DNA of 63,191 nucleotides, counting the filler, from Chiloscyllium plagiosum (Eukaryota), in the NCBI RefSeq assembly GCF_004010195.1. It is 3 parts of one record of this genome, joined end to end, with 100 filler letters (N's around TTAATTAATTAA, not from the genome) between each part and the next. Parts side by side here need not be neighbours in the genome. Positions count along the whole stretch, not along the records: positions 27,890 to 50,032 come from NC_057716.1; positions 50,133 to 63,191 come from NC_057716.1; 1 more part is not named here. One strand, written 5' to 3'. A program made the position numbers and the translations under genes. Under the pieces are notes generated by a model. The model made no database searches. It saw nothing but the letters and a program-made list of their open reading frames with translations, and was not told the DNA's origin. Shown piece by piece: positions 38,676 to 50,359 of the stretch. The stretch's first letter is position 1, and every line of letters starts with the position of its first letter.

Positions 38676-40879
38676 AACTCTCCTGCTCCTGGGATGCTGC
38701 TTGACCAGCTGTGTTTTTCCAGTGCCACACCTTTTGATGTTAAAGGTTATCCCTTCATGATCCTTACCCAGAACCATTACACGTGTCCTACAATGATAGC
38801 TATGCTGCCACAAGGAATAAAAGACAGTCTGCACCCAGCTCCCTCTGAATGGATTACACTGGAAAGACTCTGCATTAGCCAGCTGATGCCTGTCAAAAAC
38901 TGTGGTTGCATGTTGCACAAACTTACAAGTTATGAGGAAGCCAGCAGCTAAGAAACTCAGGAGCAAGAGAAAGGCGCAGAGACAACAAATGCATTCTTCC
39001 ACTTTTGGTTACACTAAGTGGCAGGGAGGCTACAATTTACTCAACCTATTTCTGCCTTGGTTCTATATGAACAAACAATTCCTTCACAGTAACTAGTTAC
39101 CTCACTCACCCATCCCCATTCAGCAACTTCACTATCATAGAACATAGAACATTACAGCGCAGTACAGGCCCTTCGGCCCTTGATGTTGCGCCGACCTGTC
39201 ATACCAATCTGAAGCCCAATTGTTTGTGAATGACTGTCACAGAAGAAACTTTGATCAACATTTTGGTATCCTGGAGTGTGCTGATTTCAGTTGTAAGAAA
39301 GCTGAAATTAGACTGTCACTGCAAGAAATGTATTTCTCAGTAATTTGCAGGAGAAGTTTAATTTTGTGAAAATATGATGAAACTGACAACTATTTCATTC
39401 ACTTGTTACCAAGTTTTAAAAGTGTGAAAGATAATTTTATTGGATAAGCCAATGTATTGTTTTCCACAAACAAAATTCCGTAGTACTGGAAAACTTAAAA
39501 GCTAACAAAGAATGCAGATCTTGTAGCTGTGATTGAGAAAGAAACTAGAGTTAACATTTCAGGTCCTGTCCTTGTATCAGAATGTCCACTTGATACGCCA
39601 GCTGCAATCAGTCAGTAAAAAACAATCAGAAAAGAAGGAAGAACGGTGTGAGAATAAAGGAGAGAGAAACAATAAAACAACCCAAAATGGAGGGGGCCAG
39701 GGACACCTTTACTGAATGAAATTCTACCCAGAGAGCATTAATTAGTAAGTCTTACTCTGCTTCTCACAACAATTGAGTTCAGCAAAAGAGCTTGGGAATC
39801 TCTACTCCAGATGGGAGGATCAAAGGATTTTGGCAAGGAAAAGGAGTACTGCCAATCCCCTTCAAAATTGATTAATCTTGTAAAGAAATTCCACTTGTCG
39901 TGAATGACTGAAATGATCATATGACAAAATTTTAAGTGAAGACTTTTACACACAAGCTTAGAAATCATTGATGTACAAAATAAACAAAAGCAAAACAAAA
40001 ACAAACGCAGGAACGTGAAGTTGAACATTAGGATATAGTCATGATCTCATTGAATTGTGGAGCAGACTTAATGAACTGAATTCTGCTTCTACATCTCATG
40101 GTCTTAAAACACCAGGATTTCGTTTAGAAGCAAGTTTTAGTTTCTCTCCTGGAAGGAGTTACAAGTCTATTTATGCAACCAGTCATCTCAGCAAAAGGTT
40201 CTAGTTGGTGAAACATCAAAATCAGGAGAATTTGGTCATAAATCTGTGAGGTGTCAGTTCAGTGAAAATTTAAACAGTTCAGACTAATCAAAATCTACCT
40301 GCCTGATCTGAAAATTAATACTGACAGTGAACTGTTCTTATTGCATGCCAGTTATGAATCAAACAATCAGCACCCTCCTCTCAAACAAAAACAAATTGCT
40401 GGAGAAACTCAGCAGGTCTGGCAGCATCAATAAAGAGAAAGCAGAGTTAGTGTTCTGAAGGAGGGCTACTGGACCCAAAACGTTGACTTTGCTTTCTTTC
40501 CGCAGATGCTGCTAGACCTGCTGAGTCTTTTCAGCAATTTCTGTTTTTGTTTCAGATTTCCAGTATCTGAAGTTGTGTCATTTTTTTAGCTTCTGGATTA
40601 GTGGTGCTGGAAGAGCACAGCAATTCAGGCAGCATCCGAGGAGCTTCGAAATCGACGTTTCGGGCAAAAGCCCTTCATCCTTTTACCTCATTTTTTTAGC
40701 ACTCTCTTCTCACTACATATAAAATGATGTCTCTTTGTCCTTCCACTGTGCATTCCCCCGCTCCCCCATGTCTGTGTTCTAGTTCTGATGAGTGTAAGAC
40801 AAGACGCTTTAACCTCTAGTCTCCATTTGGCAATGTTTAAGATCAGCAGACAGATAATAAGTACAGAAAGCATGTCAAT

Positions 40880-41225
40880 TCATAGAATCATAGGCCATTC
40901 GGTACAGCAAGTCCTACGGACTCGCCAAAGAGGATTACATCCAGACCCAACTCCCCCCCCACCCCCAACTCTATCTCTGTAACCCTGCATTTCCAATGGC
41001 CAATCCACCCATCCTGCACATCCCTGGACATTGTGGGCAATTTAGCATGGCCACTCCATCCAATCTGCACATCTTTGGACTGTGGTAAGAAACTGGAGCA
41101 CCAGTAGCAAATCCACTCAGACACAGGGGGGATCGTGTTAACTCCACACAGACAGACAGTTGCCCGAGGCTGGGATCGAACCCAGCTCCCTGGTGTTGGA
41201 AGCAGTGCTAATCACTGTGCTGCCT
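40880..41225 (-). mobile_element. HE1-type V-SINE
   Basis: Reverse complement of the V-SINE consensus. Confidence 0.8.
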
Positions 41226-41323
41226 GATTCTTATCTAATTAGGTTGTTAAGAATGGAAAAAGAACCTGAAGAACTGATTTTGTCCATCCGTCAATAGTAA
41301 TATATGGAAGCACTTCCTTTTAC

Positions 41324-41430
41324 CTGTTTTCAATGGTAACAAGTGGACAATAATTTTTTTTCGAAATTTCTTCATAGGTTTGTAGGTCATTGTCAATCCT
41401 ATAGCAGGATTCTTCATATCTTTTCCAGCT
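41324..41430 (-). CDS. PLA2R1: PLA2R1-like exon, CTLD3 start: SWKRYEESCYRIDNDLQTYEEISKKNYCPLVTIEN(R)
   Basis: Acceptor ctttcatttttcAG, donor GTaaaa, 107 nt, phase 0/2. The YCP-LVTI.NR signature resembles PLA2R1 YYCPPALVTITNR. Confidence 0.9.
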
Positions 41431-42477
41431 CTGAAAAATGAAAGATCCACAGTGTAAAGTTGGTGGAGAGATTTTCAATATTTGTCATGCATAGCAGTGA
41501 TCAGGAGGTAAGAGAAGGCAATTGGGAGGGGTTGGGAACATAGAAAAACCTACCAAGAGAAAGCTGATAGGAAGGTGGCCAATATATTTCAGAGCTTCTG
41601 TAGTGCCGGTAGGGGTGGGAAGAATTTTACCTTCCCAAGACAGATAGAAAAAAAAATTAGCCATCGGCAGCTGTGGATGCTATTGAAGTATCAAGCGCAG
41701 GTTTGTGCACACTCTTCCATCATCAAGGAATTTTCAAAATAGTCAATTCATTAGCATAGGTTCCTAATTACATATTTCTCTTGCCTGGCCTAATGGCCAT
41801 TTTAAGAGTCCACCCAGGTTAATACAGGTAGTAGATATCATGTATCTAGCAGTGGGACCAAAACATGTGCACACAGGGGATCCCCCTGCTAAATTGGAAC
41901 GCCTTACACTAATTTAACATCCTGAAAGAGAAATGCGAAACAAATATGCAATTGCATCTTCTCATGTGCCACTTCTGGATAAAAATTCCCCCATTTCTCT
42001 CAATGCAAATACAATTTATTGTTTCTAGACAATTAAAGAAATCAGTGGACAAAAACATTCCAGTTATTTTATTCCACTAAAGGCAATTACTATTATTGCC
42101 TTAATCAAAAGTTAACTGGGCAGTGCATAAGTTTTCCAAAAAGCATTTGTTCAATTATAACTTTGCACACCTAGATGGTGGAGTAAAAGCTAATATGTGA
42201 GAAGAATCATTTTGATTTCGTAGAAGCCACCCCTCCCATTATTTTGCTACATTCAGATAAGGAAGGCACAATTGACAGTTACAAGGACTGTGGCAAATTA
42301 GAATCCCATCTTAATTACTCTGTTGGAAATTGCAAAGCAGTTGAACAACAATACAATAATCTTATACAATTCTTTGGAATACAGCATTGTAATCAGGAGC
42401 AAGTTGTAAAGTGGGCTCAATTAAGAAACTATATCTTCTGGGATAGTTTCAGCTGATAAAGTAAAAAATCAGCGTCA

Positions 42478-42865
42478 GCTGCTTAGGGGTGACATAGGGG
42501 TTTATAAAATCATGAGGGGCATGCATAGGATGAATATTTAAGATCTTTTCCCTGGGATAGAGAAATCCAAAACTAGAGGACACAGGTTTAAGGTGAGGGG
42601 GGGAAAGATATAAAATGGACTTAAGGGGCAGCTTTTTTACGCAGAGGGTGGTGACTGGATGGGCTGCCAGTGGAAGTGATGGAGTCTGGTACAATTACAA
42701 CATTTAAGAGGCAGATAGATGGGTAGATGAATAGGAAGAGTTTAGAGCGATATGGACCAATCACTGGCAAATGGAACTGGATTAATTTAGGATGTCTGGT
42801 CAGCATGGATGAGTTGGACCGAAGGGTTATTTTCCATGCTGTACAACTCTGTACGACTCTATGAG
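42478..42865 (+). mobile_element. CR1-clade LINE 3' end
   Basis: Same 3' sequence as 1-640, ending gactctatgagt. Confidence 0.85.
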
Positions 42866-44381
42866 TCAACATTAGCAGTGCAAAATGCCGAAAATGACTA
42901 ACAGTGCACACAAACAATGGACAATAATATCTGTGTGTCCTCACAAGATGATATTCCACTAACACAAACTGCCTTTTACACATATCCTCTATCATCTCAA
43001 GCAGCTGTATCCGAGGCAGTAGACCTCAGAGGTTATAATGGTAAACCATTTTCCACCTACCAGAACAACTCCCCTGCTTTGTGTTAATAGCAATAATAAT
43101 AGCTGAAGCATCAACAGATGACGATAACTGAATTCAATACTGACAACTCACAAAAAAAAGGTTTACCAAGAAAACTGCAGACCTGTTAGAAATTAGTTAA
43201 ACTGCCAAAAATACCTCACTCTTCAGCAGGACTGATTTTGTTTCATTTTGAGGTTCATAACATTGCACATATGGAACATGACACATGTTCTACTTAACTA
43301 TGGATTAGCCCAGACTTTGCTGTGAGCACTGAAGGAATGGCTTTTGCAATTAATCTTATATAAAACTAACCCCAGGCATATAGCAAACTTAGCTGTAGCA
43401 GCTTCCTCTCTGCTAGCATGTTTCAATTTGGCATCCAGCACAAGCAGCAGTGAAGCTATTCAACCCAACAGGATCAAGAATCCTCACCAACAGATGTAAA
43501 ACAATCCTTTTGCTTGGAAAAAAAAGAATCCCTCTGACTACCTTTTCTTCCCTCTCTGGGCTCCCTTGTCACTATCCACTCACTCGTTTTCCCACCCACT
43601 CCTTGTCAGCAGCATAAATACCACATTTTCTAATTCTTTTTCAACTCCTACTAATTTTGAAAAATGATCACTAAATATTTACTTTGTTTCCTCTCCACAG
43701 ATGCTGTTGGATCTGCTGAGTTTCTACAGCAATTTCTGCTTTTGGTTGGTTTCAGACAGAAACCAAAGAGAAAACAGGCAAACAGGAAATACAAATTACA
43801 GTTAAGACACTGCACAGAAAGTCAGTCAAAGTTCAGGACATACTTGTGGGAGTATGGGAAACAATAAAATTTTAATCATAAATAATTAACACTCACGAAC
43901 CACTACGACCTCAGCTATGAACACCTGATCGAAAAAATTAAGAATTGTTCAATGTGAGCAAGGAAATAGTGGATAATAAGACAAAATTCATGCTGTAATA
44001 TTGATTTCTATGCAGGATCGATTGGTGAAGATGCAACAGTTCAATACAAAGAGCAAGGAATCACTATCAGCAATTTTTAGATTTCTCTCTTTAACTATGA
44101 TTGTATAGACACCAGAAGTTGTTAGTTTAACTGAGCAAAAATAGCACATCTTGCAGTTATAATCAGAGCAAAATCCAGGCCATTATACCAGAGATAATAA
44201 TCTGAACTAATCATATGTATACAATGCTTCATATGGGAATCATGCAATTAACTGAACAGTTGATAGTACTTCTCTGTTACCCTCATAGCACAAAACTGTT
44301 CCACCAAACGTCAATAACAATTTCCACATCATGATGATTAAAATATGAAAATAAATGTATTCTCAGAAATGGATATCACAC

Positions 44382-44489
44382 CTCAGGGCAGCCTTCATCT
44401 TTTCCAGGTTGTCTTTGTTCCGCCTTTCCTGGCTTCTTACAGATGCTCCATTTATTTTCCTCACATTCTCTAACTTTCCATCGGCCATC
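44382..44489 (-). CDS. PLA2R1: PLA2R1-like exon, CTLD2 end and linker: DGRWKVRECEENKWSICKKPGKAEQRQPGKDEGCPE
   Basis: Acceptor aattaacAG, donor GTgtga, 108 nt, phase 0/0. Resembles mammalian EGHWKVKNCEERLFYICKK...GCQE (recalled). Confidence 0.9.
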
Positions 44490-44565
44490 CTGTTAATTTA
44501 AGCAAAAAATACATTGAATTCAAAGAGATACAAATTAGCAGCAATCAAATAATACTGTGGCACAA

Positions 44566-44798
44566 AAACAAAAGTTGTTGGGAAAGCTCAGCAGGTCTGG
44601 CAGCATCTGTGGAGAGAAATCAGAGTTAATGTTTTGGGTCGAGTGACCCTTCCTCAGAACAGTTCTGAGGAAGGATCACTTGACCCGAAACATTAACTCT
44701 GATTTCTCTCCACAGATGCTGCCAGACCTGCTAAGCTTTTCCAGCAATTTGTGTTGTTCTTTCTGATTTACAGCATCTGCAGTTCTTTTGGTTTTTAT
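44566..44798. repeat. Fold-back Penelope terminal mini-insertion with a 13-bp target duplication
   Basis: Arms of about 90 bp centred on 44661 (ccttcctcagaac-a-gttctgaggaagg); tactgtggcacaa at 44553-44565 and 44799-44811. Confidence 0.85.
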
Positions 44799-46106
44799 TA
44801 CTGTGGCACAATTCTTTTCTTAACTTTCATCTGTCTACTTGCAAACATTTAGCTCCATAAGTATCATCAGATGGTGTGTTTGCTCTGATGAAACAATTTA
44901 ACTTTGTAATTATCCACTGAGTTAAAAAAGTATCAGTAAGTGGATATGTCAGATACGATTTTACTGCTGAATCAAAATTAAGACAATTTAATAACTCGGT
45001 ATTCAACATGGATTTATACAACACTTTTAACTTAGTAAAACAATTTGCAGTTATACCATCGTAATGGCTTTTGCCAGATTATAATGAAGAAATTAAAGTT
45101 TTTTTTATTCATGACACATACCAAAGAAATAGCTCTAGCTAGGATCATTAAGATAAGAAGCTGCATTCATGGTTTTGACACTAAAGCAGCACGAAATAAA
45201 ATGCAAATCATTATAACAACTAAGATTAGTCCTCCATCGTGAAGAACAAACTTTCATCTATAAATTTGAAGCACTAGTGGTCAGATGAGATTATAAATTT
45301 ATCCCTATTGTAACAAGCAAAAAGTTTGGACAGCCGAAACAAAAGTTCACAAACGTTAGCTCAAGGATAAGTATAAAGAATAAGTTGTTCTCAACAGATG
45401 AACATTTATCTGGAAAGATATCAAATGCTGAACTAGGAAAAACAGCCATTTGGCCAAGAACCCAAATTTTCTTTTGTAAATTTACAACCCGTTCAAAATC
45501 ACCACAGAAGTTACCCGGCTTACTTAATGCCACGCAAGAAAGTTCCCTATGAATGGTCATTCAGAGGCATTCAGCAGATCTCCAGCACAGAGAAATACTT
45601 TATTTCACTGACTAGTTTGATTCCACATTCCAGGTCTGTGTTGGTAGGTTTAGAGACTTGCAATACCTTTGCTAAGGCCTACAGGAATTTTTTGCACTCG
45701 AAGTGTTTGACTCAACTAAAACTTGTTGGTACTCAGAGATTGGCAGCAGACCATGACACAAAGTAGAACAGAGTAGTTATTAAAAATTAGCCAAGTCATC
45801 AATAAAGAATCTAGACTTTTCAATATATTTGAAGTTGAAATAACACGTGTTCTCAATATAAGAAGTTTTATCGACTTTAATTCATTTTAACAATTGAGAT
45901 AACTTATCTAATGCAAAGTTTATTTGTTTTGTTGAACATTTTAGAATATAAACAGCTGCAAAGGGTTTGGAATTTGATATTTCTGAATCACATACAGTAT
46001 TGGTAAGACTAACAGTAGATATATTATTTCTAAAGCAGCACTCACATGGCTTGTGGCTAGACAGTAAAGTTCAAGAAGGCATGCAAATATTAGTAAATAT
46101 ATTTAC

Positions 46107-46264
46107 AATCTTCTGTGAAGACACACAGTGTTCTGTGGTGTTATACGGAGCATTTGGCTCATTCTTATGCCAGTAAGTGAACGTCACAGTTGATCCTTCT
46201 GACCATGTAAATTGAGCTGGTGTCCTGTTGTTGGCAAGTCCAATCCAAACCTCTGGTACAGTTT
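46107..46264 (-). CDS. PLA2R1: PLA2R1-like exon, CTLD2 middle: (E)TVPEVWIGLANNRTPAQFTWSEGSTVTFTYWHKNEPNAPYNTTEHCVSSQKI
   Basis: Hand translation. Acceptor ctttctgccAG, donor GTaaat, 158 nt (phase 1 in, phase 0 out). CTLD WIGL and W..EPN..CV motifs; joins the next exon in frame. Confidence 0.9.
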
Positions 46265-46384
46265 CTGGCAGAAAGATTTTATATATATGTTAGGTTAGGT
46301 TCAAGAAAGAAAACTAAATACTGTTCTTAGTAGGTAACTGCCAGCTCATCTTTCACTGTCACTTTTCAAAGTCATGGCAACAAT

Positions 46385-47910
46385 TATTGATTGATTGATT
46401 GATTTATTTATTCTTGTCACATGACTGAGATACAGTGAAAAGTGCTGTTTTGTGTGTTATACAGGCAGATTGTACTCTACAAAGGGCATTGGGAGCAGAC
46501 AGAATGCAGAAAAACATGTTACAGTTGCCGAGAAGGTGCAGAGACAGAATTAACATTTGAGAGATCTGTTCAAAAGTCTGATAACAGTGAGGAAGAAGCT
46601 GTTCTTGAATCTGTTCATTTATGTATACAAACTTTTATATCCTGTGCCCAAGGGAAGAGGTTGGAAGAGAGTATAACTGGGGTGTGAGTGGTCTTTGATT
46701 ATGTAGGTTGCTTTCCCGAGCCAGCAGGAAGTATAGATGGAGTCAATAGATGGAAGATTAGTTTGTGTGATGGACTGGGCTGTGTTCATGACCCTGCAGT
46801 TTCTTGTGGTCTTGGGAAAACTAGTTGACACACCACACTGTGATGCATCAAGATAAGATGCTTTCCTTGGTGCACCTATAAAAATTGGTAAAATTCGTAA
46901 TGGACATGCCAAGTTTTCTTAGCCTCCTGTGGAAGTAGAGACATTGTTGTGCTTTCTTGACCATTGCGCCTATGAGAGTAGACCAGGAGAGATTGTTGGT
47001 TATTATCATTCCCAGGAATTTGACACTCTCAACCAACTCCAACTCAGCACCATTGATACAGATAGGGGTGTGCCCTCCACTCCACTTCCTGAAGTCAATG
47101 ACCAGCTCCTTTGGTTTGCTGATGTCGATGGAGAGATTGTTGTCTTTACACCATGTCACTAAGCACTCTAAATCTCTTTCCTATATTCTATCTCATCATT
47201 GTTTGAGATCTGAACTACAATGGTAGTATCATCTGTAAACTTGCAAATGGATTTGGAGTGGAATTTGTCCACACGGCACGGCGGCACAGTGGTTAGCACT
47301 GTTGCCTCACAGCGCCAGAGACCCGGGTTCAATTCCCGCCTCAGGCGACTGACTGTGTGGAGTTTGCACATTCTCCCCGTGTCTGCGTGGGTTTCCTCCG
47401 GGTGCTCCGGTTTCCTCCCACAATCCAAAAAATGTGCAGGTTAGGCAAATTGGCCATGCTAAATTGCCCGTAGTGTTAGGTGTAGGGGTAATGGGTCTGG
47501 GTGGGTTACGCTTCGGCGGGTCGGTGTGGACTTGTTGGGCCGAAGGGCCTGTTTCCACACTGTAAGTAATCTAATCTAATCTAATCTAATCACACTATCA
47601 TGAGTGTATAAGAAGTATCATGGGGCTGATTACACGCCTTGTGGGGCACTTGTGTTGAGGATTATGATGGAGGAGGTATTGTCGCCTATTCTTACTAATT
47701 GTGCTCTATGGGTCCGGACGTTTGAAGATTCAATTACAGAGGGGGGAGTCGAGACAGAGTTCTTGGAGTTTAGAGAGGAGTTTGATTTGGAATTTTGGTG
47801 TTGAAGGTGGAACTGTAGTCAATAAGGTGGAGCCTGACATAGATTTCCTTGTTATCCAGATGTTCCAGGGATGAGTGTAAAGCCAGAGTGATGGCATCTG
47901 CAGTCAAAAT
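46385..47910 (-). mobile_element. Rex1/Babar-like non-LTR retrotransposon 3' portion
   Basis: KFTDDTTIV and WCKDNNLSID..KELVIDFRK..VESVKFLG..NNLSWS..KKAQQCLYF.RRLRK motifs; (tcaa)n tail at about 46385-46405. Confidence 0.8.
47274..47591 (+). mobile_element. HE1-type V-SINE (young copy) inserted in the Rex-like LINE
   Basis: tRNA-like head (ggcacagtggttagcact...gggttcaattccc), V-domain ctgtgtggagtttgcacattctccccgtgtctgcgtgggtttcctccggg and (aatct)n tail. Confidence 0.9.
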
Positions 47911-48396
47911 GAGGTCAAATTGTTCAATATATTTACCATTCAGTAGACTTGGTGGGAGGGCTTGGCGTTAGCTTAGTTGGTTTGCATGTGTAGAAAATCA
48001 GCACCAACAGCATAGACTCAGTACCAACAGCATAGGTGAGCCACATTCAAGGTCTGTCGTCTTACACTTTGTAGTAAAAACCCATTCATTCAGTGAATAC
48101 TTACAACGACCTGCCTTTTGAAGAGGGAAGAGAGAACTCAAGTAGAAGTCGCAGGTGGTTTACCCTGTACAGGACCAGTTGATTTGTCAAAACAAGGTTA
48201 TTCAGAAATCTGTCTAAAAGCTTGGCAATTCAATTGGTATACCAAACCATAGTAAAGTTAACACAGATCACTTTGGATTCATAAGAAATTCACATCAAAC
48301 CCAGGATGTACTTATGTAATATATGATTTGCCTGGGTAGTACACAAAACAATAGTTTTCACTGTATCTTGGTACACGATTAAGATTAGGAAAGACG

Positions 48397-50032
48397 GGGA
48401 TCCAAGATGGCGGCGACCCAGCAAGTCTGAGTCGACAGTGCTCTTCCAAAGACTTGGGTAAAGTGGGTCACCCACCCCCATCACACTCAACAAATCATTC
48501 ATAATAGCTGTTTAATTTAATTAGTTGCTTAGTATTACATTTAAACAGTCTAATATTTAGTAAAAATGACCAAAGAGAAGGGAGCCCGCAGCTCTCAGCA
48601 AGCAGGAACCCCTCCCCCACCCTCTCCAGCTGCGGCTGAGGCATCCACAGCTGCCCCAGGGGACTTACCTACAGTGACAAGCCTTGTGGAGATGATCTCC
48701 AAGCTGGATACGAAGATCGACGCTTTTATCGAGGAGTCCCGAAATCGATGGGACTCACTCTCGACCGAGCTGCAGAAGCACGACCGAGACATGAAGGAGA
48801 TCGAGCGCCGAGTCAAAGGGGCGGAGCTAAAGGCCGCGACCTCCGAAACTACAGCACAATCGGCCGTGGATCGGGTCCGGACTCTCGAACGGCGAGTCCG
48901 GACCTTAGAGAATCACATTGACAACCTCGATAATCGAGGTTGTCGAAAAAATATTAGTTTGCTGGGCCTTCCCGAACGGGAAGAGGAAGGCCAGCTTACA
49001 GCATTCCTCGAGAAGTGGCTGCCACAGCTTTTAAACCTGGAGGCTGGATCAGGCCAGGTAAGGGTAGAATGGCCTACCGGGTCGCAATACGCGGCTGTTC
49101 CGGCTGCAGAGCTACAAGGAGAGGCAGATACTCCTAGAAGCCTCTAGAAATCTTGGAAAAGACCCCCAAGCTATGATCTATAAAGGATCCAAGATCATGT
49201 TATTCCAGGACTTTTCCCCAGCTCTGGTCCGAAAGAGGAAGGCATTCGACGATGCAAAGAAGCGTTTAAGGGACTTAAATATTCAGTACTCCTTACGCTA
49301 CCCAGCGACGCTACGCTTTAACCATGAAGGATCCGTGTATAACTTTGGATCGCCAGAAAAGGCTAAGGAATTCTTGGACTCTCTTAGATAAACTGTAAGA
49401 CATAATGGATGTTGGTTTGCCTTTCCCCCCCGCTTTGGTTTATATCCCCCCCTTTTTTTTTCTTACTTTACTGATTAATATTATCATGGGAGGTGGGGAG
49501 AGGGATTTGATTTTCTACCCCCCCTTGGGGTTGTTTTCTTTTATTATTTTATGTATATATGTGGGATATGTATGGGTTTGGTTAATGTTGGTGGGGGGAG
49601 GTGGTTACCTTATTCAATTTTACCTCTGTCTTTAGGAGCGGGGTTGTTTCTCCCTTGTTATTTTGTATTAGTATATTTAATTATTATTTGTTGAGGTTGT
49701 AATTTTATAGTTATATGTTTATATATGGTATTAACATTACCAAATATATACAGGTGTTGGTATGGGTAGGGGTAGGGTGCTCACTGTTAACTCTAGCTTT
49801 GTATTATATCTGAATTCTCCTCATTTTATTGAGGAGTGCCTGGGTCAAGGGTGGGGCATTGGTTGGGAGAGGATATGATGGACTTTTGGAGAGGAAGTGA
49901 CACCCCCTGGGAACAAGGGGGAAAATCTCCACTTAGATACGTTTTATATTTTTTTAATTTAGAAATAGTTTTTTATTGTATTGTTGTGGATGTATTAAAG
50001 AGGTTTTATTTTTGTAAATTTTACATGTTCTA
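48397..50032 (+). mobile_element. L1-clade LINE 5' end: 5'UTR, ORF1 (frameshifted) and inter-ORF region, cut by the gap
   Basis: Starts ggggatccAAGATGGCGgcg. ORFs 48566-49147 and 49173-49391: coiled coil, DNRGCRKNISLLGLPE, IMLFQDFSPALVRKRKAF..YSLRYPATLR. Confidence 0.88.
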
Positions 50033-50132
50033 NNNNNNNNNNNNNNNNNNNNNNNNNNNNNNNNNNNNNNNNNNNNTTAATTAATTAANNNNNNNNNNNN
50101 NNNNNNNNNNNNNNNNNNNNNNNNNNNNNNNN
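50033..50132. other. Assembly join: 44 N + TTAATTAATTAA + 44 N
   Basis: Exactly 100 bp; six-frame-stop spacer. Confidence 0.97.
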
Positions 50133-50359
50133 CTCCCTCCCACCTATCCACTCCACCCTCCCCTCTGACCTATCACCTCCATCCCCACCTCCATTTACCT
50201 ATTGTACTCTTTGCTACCTTCCCCCACCCTCCTCCCCGCATTTATCTCTCCACCCTGGCTCCATTCCTGCCTCCATTCCTGATGAAAGGTTTTTGCCTGA
50301 TCGATTTTCCTGCTCCTTGGATGTCGCCCGGCCTGTTGTGCTTTCCAGCACCACTCTAA

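Noticed and set aside
43897..43924. 28-nt minus-strand segment with good splice sites (tttttcgatcAG...GTgagt)
   Set aside because: Would break the phase 0/0 junction between exons that already join into a normal CTLD2-CTLD3 linker; no homology.
47274..47350. tRNA-like sequence with A and B boxes
   Set aside because: It is the head of an HE1 SINE, not a tRNA gene; the same applies to the other copies.
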